Positions 52,360-63,643 of a stretch of DNA of 64,000 nucleotides are shown piece by piece. The DNA is from Mustelus asterias (lineage: Eukaryota), in NCBI RefSeq assembly GCF_964213995.1, contig NC_135830.1:5456001-5520000 (forward strand), read 5' to 3'. The position numbers and the translations under genes were made by a program. The notes under the pieces are model-generated. The model saw only the letters and a program-made list of their open reading frames with translations. It ran no database searches and was not told the DNA's origin. Within the stretch, counting starts at the first letter, position 1. Every line of letters starts with the position of its first letter.

Positions 52360-52869
52360 CTGGAAGAACGCAAAGAAATATCAAGCTAAACAATGCGGCT
52401 GCGCATTAAACATCACATACCCCCCTTCCCCCCAACACCCCCCCCTCCCCCCCCCCCCCCCCCCCCCCCCACTCCCCAGAATCTGCTGTCATCTTGAACA
52501 ATAATCTCAGAGATAAATCACACAGCAGAACAGAAGCATATATTTTTCACAGTTCAGTGGCTGGAAAGGGAAGGTGCTTGTGGCGATTAAATAACATTTC
52601 CACTATAAACACCGTACGTTCTAACGAGATCAGTTCAATGTCTTCAGTTCATGTAACTGGAAACTGCTCACGGTCTGTCTGTTTGAAGTTGATGTTTGCC
52701 AAAGTTATTCGCTGATATCAGAGGAGCTTGAATCCCAGCCCAAACTATTCTCCCTCGTTCCCTCGGGGAAATGTGACGAATCCCAACAGTGTTCAGCGTT
52801 GAGGCCAGCGAGAACGGGATAACTTTTCCATGTTGAGATCAATAAATTCCCTGATCATCTACCCCTACC

Positions 52870-52954
52870 CATAGAACCAAAGAACCATGGAAAATTACAG
52901 CTCAGAAACAGGCCTTTTGGCCCTTCTTGTCTGTGCCGAACCATTTTATGCCTA
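52870..52954 (-). mobile_element. CR1 3' tail fragment, inverted match to 51907-51988
   Basis: Reverse complement taggcataaaatggttcggcacagacaagaagggccaaaaggcctgtttc... nearly identical to 51907-51960. Confidence 0.85.
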
Positions 52955-55083
52955 TATTGAGCGAACCGCTCAACCTATGTTGAGGCTCTATGTCTTCTTG
53001 GAGGAGATCTCCAAATCATCCAATTATCCCCGTAGCTCTGTGAAATCTCTATTTAACTAACGTTGTTCTCAAGAGTACAGTCCGGTCTCTATAACCTCAC
53101 CACAAAACTGAATTTCCTCATCTCTGGACATGATGCAAGGCGGATGATTGAGCAGAGATTTTGGAAAATATTGTCAGTTGGCAGTTGGGGAAAATGGAGA
53201 AGGAAGCAAACAAGAAAACACTGTCTCCAGCTTTGCGAATCTTTAGAAACTCTTTGGAAACCGGAACCAGAGGCGATTGAAGGGTGAACTGTCTGACAGT
53301 TGTGGGAGAGTTGGTTCCCGGTGACATGGATGTGTCTGCAATGGATGGGCTCTGACTGTTAGACTTAACTAACCATTAGAAATCCATTCAATTATTCCAT
53401 TCTCTCAAACTCATTAATTATTCTCTCTTTCTCCGTTACACGGTGAGTGAGACAGGGAAAAGCAGCAATCTTCCAGCCCCCACTCTCCAAACATCCCCTG
53501 CCAGCAAAAAGGACTGACGACTTAGCTGTGTCTGTTTTCTATGAAATGGTGAAGAGTAAATATTAAATATTTCGATTGATACCCAATTCAGTTCACATTT
53601 CACAATAAACTTCAATTCGGAGACTTCAGAGCAGTGAGTTTTGACAACATTTCTGCCCCGTTTAGCGCCTGGGACCTGCGCAAATATGAATACAATGTGA
53701 TTATCCCTTCAATACACAAAGTCCGCTCAGGATAAAAGCGACTTGATGGTCAAACAGTACAGTCTGATTTAACTTTATAACCTGATTTGTGGAAGTACAA
53801 TTCGGCTAAAAACCATTTTTCATGCGGCAGAGAAATTCATCTAACATTAGAATCAGTAAATGACATTTGTGCCATTTCTTTTCTCTTTTACCATGTCTGG
53901 GTGGCCGGGGGGTGGGGGGGGGGGGGGGGTGGCGGTAGGTGGGGTGTGGGGGGGAGGGTGGTTGCACTGTGGCACAGTAGTTAACACTGCCATCTCACAG
54001 TGCTAAAGATCGATTCCCGGTTTGGGTCTCTGTCTATTTGACGTTTGCACTTTCTCCCCGTGTTTGCATGAGTTTCCTTTGGATCCTCCGGTTTCTTCTC
54101 ACAGCCTGAAAGACGTGCTGGTTCGGTGCATTGACCCGAACAGCCGCCGGAGTTTGGCGACCAGAGAATTTGACAGTGTCTTCGTTACAGTGTTAAAGTA
54201 AGCCTTACATGTGACTAATAAATAAACTTTATTTTAACTGAGCATTTTGCAGAATATAATTTCACACTTGGGAAGTGCAACTGCAGTTCGGCAGAGAGTT
54301 AATGTTTTCTTTCAATATTTAATAACAGAAGAAAATGAGGTAACTTTTCCACACACTGCGAGATGAGTTAGTTCGTTTCCTATTTCACACAGGAAACCTT
54401 TCATATGTTAGGTGAATGTATAAAACACCACACTTCAGAAACCCTGAAGTACAATTAAATTGCACGGTTCGACACCCCAGTCTGTTGCAGAGTTGTAGAG
54501 CATCGTTTCTGTCTAATAATTATCACATTCAACTAAACACACGAAAGATTCCCGATTCGAAAACGGGAGGAAACATTTGTAGATACGTTTCACCTCGGAG
54601 TGAGGAAAATAGAAATAATTCACGTTTATTGCTGAATATTAGCTGAATACAGTAACTTACACGATGTTACATTTCGCCTTCCCGTCCACATTTCTGTACA
54701 CACTCAAACCCGACAGATTATCTTTAACTGGCTCCCGTTTCCAGCTCTGTCAGTTCAGAAAGCTTCTCTCAAACTTGCACATTCGGGCTTTTCTTTCGGT
54801 CATTTGTGAAACACTGGCGTCGCTGGCCAGCATTTAATGCCCACCCCGAGTTGAGTTGCAAGCATATTGCTGTGGTTCTGGAGTCACAAGTAGGCCAGAT
54901 AATAACAGCAGATTTCCTTCCTAAAATACATGAGTGAAGCATATGGCTTCCTCCAACAGTCGGAAATTGTTTCATGGTCATCAATGCGAGGTTTTATTTA
55001 TTGAATACAAATTCCACTACCGACCGTAACCGTCCCCAAAATGGTAGTTGGTCAAGCGATAGTAGCACCAACACCATCTCACG

Positions 55084-55178
55084 TGCTCCAGGTGAGGCTC
55101 GAACTCACAACCTCGGCATAGCCCACTGGCTGTACTGCTGTATAAGTACCGCGCGCTAACCGATTGCGCCACTGGAGC
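55084..55178 (-). tRNA. TRNAI-UAU: tRNA-Ile(TAT) with 21-nt intron (55120-55140)
   Basis: Exons match vertebrate Ile-TAT: GCTCCAGTGGCGCAATCGGTTAGCGCGCGGTACTTATA|ATGCCGAGGTTGTGAGTTCGAGCCTCACCTGGAGCA; intron CAGCAGTACAGCCAGTGGGCT. Confidence 0.95.
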
Positions 55179-56118
55179 ACTGCTTTCGGCTGATTTTTGT
55201 CAGATTATTAAAGACTTTTACAGCGCCACCTCCGTTAACACCAGTCATTCGAGGCAACATAGACGGGGAACAAACGCATCAATGATTCTCTCTTCACCAG
55301 CTCCACAGTAAGTGAGACAGGGACAAGCAGCAGCATTTTACCCCGCATTCTCCAATCATCCATCCGCTGCCAGCAGAAAAGCGGCGACTGCCGCTTCAAT
55401 TAGTGGGTTACCGCCCATCCCTGGGACACAAGATTCAACCCCGTTCAAAACTCGCAATACACCTAACACAAGTTCAGCAAAACGTTTACGGATTATATCC
55501 CGCGCACTGAACCTTCGAGTATCATTTAAACAGTATCTGAGTGAGTCACAAACAATATTCAAACCAACTTTCCAAAACGTTTCAGTGGTAGATTCCTCCA
55601 TTTGATTGAAAAGCTGAGCGCTGTGAATCTGGAAATGAACACCATGGGGTTTATGTTACCCAGTGACTATTAGTCCGTCAGGTTTCCAATTCCATTTGAG
55701 TTGTATATTGAAGCGAATCTCATTTCAAAATGAGGAGAAAACAAGGGAAATATTAACTCTTGGAACAAATCCTGAGGAAAATGGGTCACAATATTTGGAT
55801 GCAGGTGCAGCTGTGAATGGTGTTATTGATGATTGAGTGGAAACTATTGGATCCTTGGGCTTCTGGTGGTCAGTTCCCTTCCCTCCCGTTGAATTCCTCC
55901 CTGTGATAAGAGACATGGATTCATTTTACCTACACGTTCATAGGAAACAGAGAATAACCAACACACTACAGAAATGCTGCGGGATCAACGTAACCAAAGA
56001 TACTTGGATAGAATTCTAAACGGTGCGGTCATGCTGCAGTTCTGGAACAGGTTTTGCAGAAAGAGGATTGTGGTTATTGACACCCTAGCTTAGAATATCG
56101 TCAGCAGCTGCTGCCTTA

Positions 56119-56192
56119 GTGTCTGTGGCGCAATCGGTCAGCGCGTTCGGCTGTTAACTGGAAGATTGGTGGTTCAAGACCACCCAGGGACG
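56119..56192 (+). tRNA. TRNAN-GUU: tRNA-Asn(GTT), diverged (possibly pseudogene)
   Basis: GTGTCTGTGGCGCAATCGGTCAGCGCGTTCGGCTGTTAACTGGAAGATTGGTGGTTCAAGACCACCCAGGGACG; several substitutions versus consensus; TTTT shortly downstream. Confidence 0.8.
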
Positions 56193-57557
56193 CTGATTTT
56201 ACTGTTTTCTCACCATCTGCATTCATAGGCAAACAGTTGCGTGTTGGCAATGGGTCCGTGGTCGTCAATAAAAAATAGCTCTCAAGTGTTGCCAGCTGTA
56301 CTGTTATCTGTTGTCACCAACATTATTTAATGACTATTGATTTCTGACATATTACATATAATATTATATATATGCTTCCATTGTACCATTAAGCTTAACA
56401 GTTAGAATGGAAACATGAATTTGTGGCTGAGCATTTGTTCCAATTCCATATCCCTGCTACCATTCATTCCTGAATAGAACATAAATCTATCCAACCCGAA
56501 CCGAAATGTGTTCAATGATGGAGCATCTACAATCCTCTGGCATAGAGAATTCCCAAAATTCACTATCCTTTAAGTGAAGAAATGTCTGCTCATCGCAGTC
56601 CTAAATCATCAGCGCCTTATCCTGAGATTGTACCCCCGTGCTTTAGATTCCCGGACCAGGGAAAATAAAGTCTCAGCATCCACCCTATCAAACTCATAGA
56701 ATGATAGAATCCCTGCAGTTTTTCAATGTTATCTATTCCTTCTCGTTAAAGCTGTTGAGATTTTCCAGATTTTTCTGTTCTTGATTTAGATTCCAGCATC
56801 CTCTGATTTTGCTTTTATTTTGTCTAAAATGGGGAGATCCAAACTGAACACACTGTTCCAAATGTGGTCTCAACCAAACCCTGAATAACTGTAGCAAGAC
56901 TTCAAACACTTCAAATCTTAACTCCGTGCTCAAGGCTCGAAGGAGAGTGTGACAGTCGATAATTGGCACTGTGTCCGTTCCTGCAATCAGGAACTGGATC
57001 AGGAAGATTAGATATCTGTGTCTCCTTATACTGTTATCTCTAAACTCCATCTCCTCTCAATGCCGTGTGTCATACATTCGCTTCCCTTGCTTTCCAGGTG
57101 AAGATCGGGTTCACCAACTCTCTGTGTCTGTATCAAGCAGCTAACTGACCCTGGGAAATGAACAACCAGAGGGAACTTGATGAGAGGCAGCGACAGAAAA
57201 AGGAAGAGAAGCGGCAGGATAATGTTTCATAAATGAGTTCTGCCAGTTGCTCTCCGTGGTGAATGTCTGCCGTGTGTTACCTTGTAAGTTTCACAGAAGC
57301 CACAGTGATGAGTTTGGTGAGATTTGGAAATTGAAAGTGCCACATGACCAGCTTGCGGGACTATTTCACCTCACGGTCGATTTCATGTTGCAGCTAACAG
57401 GATTCGCTGTTTTAATTGGCTGAACAGTCCCTTGGCTTCGATCTAAACATGACAATTTAAAGGGGAAAATTGTTTTTTGTGAATAAAGAATCTGAAATAA
57501 AAATAAAAGGCAGAAGGCTCATGGATAAATCAATCTTTTAAAGAACTTAGGCCAGCT

Positions 57558-57629
57558 TCCCTGGTGGTCTAGTAGTTAGGATTCGGCGCTCTCACCGCCG
57601 CGGCCCGGGTTCGATTCCCGGTCAGGGAA
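57558..57629 (+). tRNA. TRNAE-CUC: tRNA-Glu(CTC)
   Basis: 72 nt matching the vertebrate consensus except one D-loop G>A (AGTAGTT). Confidence 0.92.
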
Positions 57630-58564
57630 AGTAGATATATTGCTGCGTAAACATCCTGCGTTACTTCCAGGTTTGTACCAGTTCTGTGGGAATCAGCAGT
57701 AGGTCGGTTTCCTCTTTTGTGTCTGAATTGGAAATGTCACATGTCAAGAACAAAAAAAAAGAGAGTAATAGGATACAAAGCGCTGATGATATAGATGGTG
57801 GTGTGGGCTAAGATCTGGCTGTTGATGGAGTAGATTTTATTGTTTCTACTGACATAAATACCTCGCAGGTCTGGGTCCAAATCTCGGACTCAGTGACAAG
57901 AAGACCTTTAATTGTAACTCTCCGACCTCCAGTGAAGTGGAGGCAGTTTTCACTCAGAAAGCAGTAACTGTGAGATTAACAGCGCGGGATGGAAAAAGAC
58001 TCAGTTTGAGCGGTGACGCTGCCGGAGGAATGGAGAGCTGGAGTTCACCCAGAAAAGCAGCAAAGTTGCTTCTTCTGTACAAACCTCCTTCTGTACAAAC
58101 AGTGGCCCCCAACTTGGGGCTGGAAGCCACCGTTCATTAACGCTGATAAGTTAATGTTGATCAGCAGAATATCCACAAAATGGTATATCACAGGTTGGTA
58201 CTAACACTGCAGTAAAATTAAATGCAGTAGAATAGGACGGCATGGTTTCACAGTGGTTAGCAATTATGCCTCACAGCGCCAGTGGCTCAGGTTAAATTCT
58301 CGGGTCACTCTGTGTGGAGTTTGCACGTTCTCCCCGTGTCTGCGTGGGATTCCTCCGTGTGCTCCGGTTTGCTTTCCAAACATGTGTGAGAGACGGCCCG
58401 AGTGGGGTGGAGGGAGAGGGGGCAACAAAATGGAAAGTGAGATTTTAAATAAACAATGCAAAACATGGAAATTTAAAAAAATAAATATATATATATAAAG
58501 ATATAAAGTAATAAAAATAAATAAGTAAGATCAAACGAAATAAAACAAAATAAATGGAAATGGG

Positions 58565-58685
58565 GAGAAGATGGAGGAAAGGAGATGCTCTGAAGTTGTT
58601 GAATTCAGTGTTGAGTCTGGAACGCAGTCAGTGCCGAATCGGGAGGTCGGGCGATGTTCCTCCAGTTTGCATTGGAGTTCCTCCT
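58565..58685 (-). mobile_element. Penelope-like element GIY-YIG C-terminal remnant
   Basis: Minus strand CKLEEH....RFGT.../LNTEFNNFR resembles the Penelope endonuclease C-terminus. Confidence 0.55.
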
Positions 58686-59579
58686 GATACCATTGTTTAT
58701 TGCCCCTTCCGTCACGTTACTGATGATCAGGAGTAGACTGATGGTCATTTGCGGCGTTGGATTTGACCTGATATTTGTAAACCGGGCAATCTTGGGCAAA
58801 TTGAAGCATTGGCGGTTAGATGGCAGTGTTGTAGCGTAGGAACAACTTAGCTCGGATTGCGGTAAGTTCTGAATCTGAATTCTTCAGCACCATTGCCAGA
58901 ATATATTTTTATGACCATAGCATTGGCTGTTTTCAATGCTTTCAACTTTCTTTTTCTTTAATTCAAATCAAATGGAATTGGCATTTTTTCCGTTCAGTGT
59001 CTTCCCCACTCCGTCTCTATCTTTCTCTTTGTAGATCTGCGTCGGTTATTCCTTCGCTCAGTCTCTCTATCCTATTCCCCTCTTTTGTTCTTTTTTATTC
59101 ATTCTATTCTCTCTATGTCTGGGTGGAACCAAACTTCATTGAATTGATTCCTGAGATGAGGTGGTTGTTGAGCTGGGGACCCATCTTGATTTTAAGTGGC
59201 GGAGGAGACTCAACGGGACATGTGATCCAATCCCGCCTCATTGGTTCTGTTCACTGCCAATAACAGCTCTGGTAGCAATCACTTCTGATGGTGTCACTGA
59301 TGAGAATTCTAGGACACTAAATTGAGGATAGTGCAATTTGTGGAGGAGTGAGTTCAAATTCCCCCACCGTCAGATATTCACTGAATTTGCTTTAAACGTT
59401 AAGAATAACGTTGGTCAAACATGTGATCGCCAAAATGTTTCGCAGTGGAATGTATCATTATTCATTTTGATTGGAGGAACCAGAAGAGGCAATGTAAAAT
59501 GAGAAACTTACGGGATTGTGGAAGGAGTTTTGTTGCTTCTCCAGTAAATCTGATCTGCTTCAGCTACACGGACTGCTGT

Positions 59580-59652
59580 GTTTCTGTCGTGTAGTGGTTA
59601 TCACGTTCATCTCACACGCGAAACGTTCCTGGTTCAAGATCGCGTAGAAGCA
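59580..59652 (+). pseudogene. Degenerate tRNA-Val(CAC)
   Basis: GTTTCTGTCGTGTAGTGGTTATCACGTTCATCTCACACGCGAAACGTTCCTGGTTCAAGATCGCGTAGAAGCA; anticodon- and T-stem mismatches. Confidence 0.75.
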
Positions 59653-59870
59653 TTTCCAAATGCTTTTTATTGCTCACTGATTCATATTTCAGAATTGTTC
59701 TCGTTTCTCACAAAGCTTTAATTGAACGGTTGAGTTATTGCAGCATTTAAGTCGGGAATTGCTCTGTAATGAGAACAAAACGGAAGGTATGTGACAGAGA
59801 GCAAGACAGCATGGATTAACTGACACAAGGAATGATGGACAAGTGCAACATTGAGCTGGTGATGGTGGAG

Positions 59871-59935
59871 TCCGGGTGATCTATTGATGCCGAATCAGTG
59901 TTTTCACCGCCAGGGCCCGGGGTTTATAACAATCG
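59871..59935 (+). pseudogene. Heavily decayed tRNA-Glu(TTC) fragment
   Basis: TCCGGGTGATCTATTG...TTTTCACCGCCAGGGCCCGGGGTT resembles the Glu-TTC anticodon/variable region. Confidence 0.45.
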
Positions 59936-60131
59936 ATAACTAAGTAGAACATTTTGAATTTGCTCCGTTTGTGGGGATAATTGGATCTGAACACAAGGAA
60001 AAAGGTGCATTTTACTGGAATCATAAAGTGATACCGTGATTGAGTGAATGTGTCTCAGGCGAAATTGGCCAGAAATGAAGCAATGAGTAAAGCGATCTTG
60101 ATCAACTGATTGCAAATCTCTTAAATCAGCT

Positions 60132-60194
60132 TCACTGGAAGTTTCGTGGTCATGATTCAGTACGGTGGTTCGGGTTTGATTTCCACCCAAGGAA
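60132..60194 (+). pseudogene. Heavily decayed tRNA-Glu-like fragment
   Basis: TCACTGG...GTGGTCATGATTCAG...CGGGTTTGATTTCCACCCAAGGAA resembles Glu ends with the anticodon arm deleted. Confidence 0.35.
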
Positions 60195-60568
60195 TGAATA
60201 ACTTTCTATAATTCTTCATTCAATGCAAACACACCTCATAGCATCTGTGAAGGGCGAAGCAAGATTAATCTTCCAGCTGGATGTACTTGCACTAGAGTTG
60301 GAAAAGTCAGAGATGTAACATCAGCAATAAGCTCTGACGAAGAATCACACGGCAAACACACGGCAGACAGTGATCACTGAAAGTAACTGACACATTTCAA
60401 ATTCTGCCGCTTTCCATTAACATCTTTGAACTTCGTATTGTCCATCTCAGACATTTCCTATGAATCAAATATTACCCACAAAATCTTCGTTCTGATGCTC
60501 GTTCCACTGATTACAGTAGAGTAACTGTTAAAATGGGCATGCGGTTGGCTTCATAGCTCATAGCGCCA

Positions 60569-60620
60569 GTCATCGTGGCTGGCTGGTTAACGTGATGGAG
60601 TTCAAATCCATTGGGATTCC
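60569..60620 (+). pseudogene. Decayed tRNA-Ser 5' fragment
   Basis: GTCATCGTGGCTGGCTGGTTAACGTGATGGAGTTCAAATCCATTGGGATTCC versus Ser consensus GTAGTCGTGGCCGAGTGGTTAAGGCGATGGACTTGAAATCCATTGGGG. Confidence 0.55.
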
Positions 60621-61171
60621 TGATTATTCCTGGTTTTAACTCTATGTCCACACAGCGAATTGAATCAAATCCACCCAAACACTCCGTTGCACATTTCCGT
60701 TCATTCACAAAAGCATCACGGAACCTGCAGTCAGAAATGGAACAGAGACGGAGCCAGGTTGTGTTTTCAGTATGTTGTCTCTCCTTCGGCCTCTGTCACC
60801 CTGGGTGCGTATATGTGTCTGGGTTTCTCTGTGTGCGTCAATGTGCTTTAGCTCCCCCTTGGAAATGATCAGCTTTTTACCGTCACAAAATTATCAACAT
60901 TAGTTCAAAAGTTTAGTCATGAAATGTTTAAGAGAAAAGGTCAGAGTGAAAGATGTAAGAGGAGTTTGTAATGTTTGGAAGGAGGTGCAGCAAATAAATA
61001 GAAGACGGGAATGATGTTACTGCTGACTGAGAGGAATGCATTGTAACGGTGGGGGATTTTATTGATCGGTTAATGGTAAACTTTGGATTCAGAACAAGCT
61101 GAGACACCAGATGGAAACAGCGTTTGGCTTCACGTATGTTCAGAAAGGGTGCAAGCATCGCTACAGCAGGA

Positions 61172-61241
61172 GGACGGTTAGCTTAGTCGCAGCATATCAG
61201 ATGTAATTTCAGAATCGTTGGTTGCAGCCCCACGTTAGACT
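61172..61241 (+). pseudogene. Decayed tRNA-Lys-like gene
   Basis: GGACGGTTAGCTTAGTCG...TAATTTCAGAATCGTTGGTTGCAGCCCCACGTTAGAC resembles Lys-CTT (...GTCGTGGGTTCGAGCCCCACGTTGGGCG). Confidence 0.5.
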
Positions 61242-61694
61242 CCATCGTGTTTAAACTTTGCTGCTTTCCTGGGTGAACTCCAGCTCTCCGTCCCTCCGGC
61301 AGCGTCACCAATCAAACTGAATCTTTTTCCATCCCGCTTTGTTGACCTCAGTGTCTGAATGAAAACTGCAATCAATAAAGGTGAAAGAGTTTAATGTTCA
61401 TTCGGTGAGAAGTTTTCTTCTTACCCTGGGAATTTTTATCCAGAAATGTGTGATATTTTTGTCAGTGTAAGCGGTTAAATCTGGCCCATTAGCACCCAGA
61501 CGTTAGTTGTATCACGATCTCCATCGGCAGAACCTTACAACCTATCACTGTCCTTCACTCTCTGTGTTTGTTCTTGACCAGTTGCACATGTGACATTTCC
61601 AACTCGCAAGCAAAACTACAAATCTCACTTCACTGATTCTGACAGAGCTGCTTTCGATCAGGAAGTACTTCAAGGTTTTTTCTCATTGCAAAAA

Positions 61695-61762
61695 AATCTT
61701 AGTACATCGAAGCCAGTCTGCGACCCTGAAAACGCGGACCCCTCACCACTAGTTGACCAGGA
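61695..61762 (-). pseudogene. Decayed tRNA-Glu, inverted duplicate of 57558-57629
   Basis: Minus strand TCCTGGTCAACTAGTGGTGAGGGGTCCGCGTTTTCAGGGTCGCAGACTGGCTTCGAT at the position predicted by the inverted duplication of the Glu 3' flank. Confidence 0.5.
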
Positions 61763-62173
61763 TCGCACCTGCCCGATTCTCCCAGATACTGATTTTAGCA
61801 ATGTGCACAGTGCCAATTATCCACAGTCACACTCTCCTTCCTGTCTGTTAAGGTTAGAAATTGTTCACATTTTCACACTGGCTTCCAATGTGACGAAAAC
61901 AGAGTTGTATACAGCTGACGCTGTTCACTGGATTTACTACAAGTTTATAACAGGTCGATGCTCACATTGCTCTTTGAATGTGGTGAGCTGCAGTGAAATT
62001 CAGTGCAGTTGAAGGTAGCGTACTCATTATTTTAGGAGGAAACAGCAAGGGCAATGTAAATATGAATTGCTGTGAGTAATTGACGGAATTGGGGAATGGG
62101 AATGGTTTTTCTCACTGCTGTTCAAACTGGCACAGGTATTGCATGATTATTTGCGGGCTACCATTGCGTGTTG

Positions 62174-62245
62174 GGTTCCGTGGTGTAATGGTGAGCACTC
62201 TGGGCTCTGAATCCAGCGATCCGAGTTCAAATCTCGGCGGAACCT
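62174..62245 (+). tRNA. TRNAQ-CUG: tRNA-Gln(CTG)
   Basis: GGTTCCGTGGTGTAATGGTGAGCACTCTGGGCTCTGAATCCAGCGATCCGAGTTCAAATCTCGGCGGAACCT; intact cloverleaf with compensatory G7-C66; TTTT follows. Confidence 0.9.
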
Positions 62246-62615
62246 TGCTTTAATTAGTCAACGCTGAGGGTTGATTTGCCGAAGGGCGTTTCGTTCAATT
62301 TTTTCACAAAGTACGAATCGAGAGGGCAATTTGTCAGCCAGTTCAACTGCTATTACAATGCGCATTGCTCAGCCTCTGGCGCCAGATGCCTGGCGCATCA
62401 ATGTCTTTTCATATTTTCTCTTCTCTTTAACTCCTCTCTTGAAAGAAAGGAGCAGCTGGTCCCGGAGCAACAGCCATTCGAATGGAGTCCAGCAATTATT
62501 GAGCAAGTGTGTGTGTGTGCGTGTTGTCTGTGTGCGCGCGTGTGAGAGAGAGCGAGTGTAGGTACGTGTGTGTGTTTTGGGAGAAAAGTCTAGTGTCTTC
62601 GGTTACAGTGCTGTC

Positions 62616-62660
62616 GATTCCATGGTGTAACGGATCGCACTCTGGCCTCTCGCATCCGAA
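62616..62660 (+). pseudogene. Truncated decayed tRNA-Gln
   Basis: GATTCCATGGTGTAACGGATCGCACTCTGGCCTCT... Confidence 0.55.
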
Positions 62661-62955
62661 CTCTTTAAATTGGGACAGATGAGTGAGTGAATGACACGAC
62701 ACATGAAGATGGACCCCGCCCCCCCCCCCCCCCTGTCTACAGTGGCTTCCCTGCCTCTCAGCGCATTGTATTCCTGAGCAATCATCCTCTGGGACTGATG
62801 CAATGACGCCAGGAGAGGCATTCGCTGCACCGTCTGCAATTTGATTACCGTGGAATTTGCTGAGATTTCGTCAGTGTTTCGATTTCCACTTTCTGACTAT
62901 TTAAAATAAAATGCCCTCCTGCAAACCCATCATAGGCTTTAGCAAAAAAAAAGCA

Positions 62956-63027
62956 AGGCTCCGCCACGATGCAAACTCGGGCTGTTGGATTCAGATTCCA
63001 GAGAGCTCACTGGTACACCACATATCC
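62956..63027 (-). pseudogene. Decayed tRNA-Gln(CTG)
   Basis: Minus strand GGATATGTGGTGTACCAGTGAGCTCTCTGGAATCTGAATCCAACAGCCCGAGTTTGCATCGTGGCGGAGCCT followed by a T-run. Confidence 0.65.
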
Positions 63028-63267
63028 CAGAACGCGCCCGCCGCTGGCAAATGGGCACTCGAAGAATTTGATCTCTTTCATTCGGTGTGACAGCAACAGC
63101 AAGTGTGATTTCAACGTATCGTTATGCGCCACCGTTGATAGCAGAAAATCTCAGAAGACAGAGTGCCCCAAATCTACAGCAAATCATTTCAAGGCAAGAG
63201 CTTTAGGGAGGTTTCTCAAGAAATAGTCAGGTTTCGCAGGTCATTTGCAGTTCCTTGACGTGTTCTG

Positions 63268-63339
63268 TGTTCCGTGGTGTAATGGTGAGCTCTCTGTCCC
63301 TTGAATCCAGCGATCTGAGTGCAAATCTCGGCGGAACCT
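63268..63339 (+). pseudogene. Degenerate tRNA-Gln(TTG)
   Basis: TGTTCCGTGGTGTAATGGTGAGCTCTCTGTCCCTTGAATCCAGCGATCTGAGTGCAAATCTCGGCGGAACCT; broken anticodon stem and B box. Confidence 0.75.
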
Positions 63340-63643
63340 TCCTTTCCTTCGCCAATGCTGATAATTGATTTTCTCAGGGACATTTCGTTTACATTTTTCA
63401 CCAAGTACGAATCGAGAGGACAATTTGTCAATGCACAGTGCTGAGACTCTGGCGCCAGATGCTTGCAGCATCAGTGTTTTTCTTTTTTCATCTTTCGCCA
63501 CTCTTTGACGCTCTGTCGAATCAAAGGAGCAGTTGGTGTCAAACAACAACAACCCTTCGACAGGAGCCTGGCAATAATTGAGCAAGAGTGTGTATGTGTG
63601 AGATCGGGGTGAAAGACCTCCTGCTTTCAGCTGGCGCCCAGTT

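Noticed and set aside
58822-58898. GGCAGTG...CATTGCCA possible tRNA-Leu relic
   Set aside because: Only acceptor-stem-like ends; no recognisable A/B boxes or anticodon arm.
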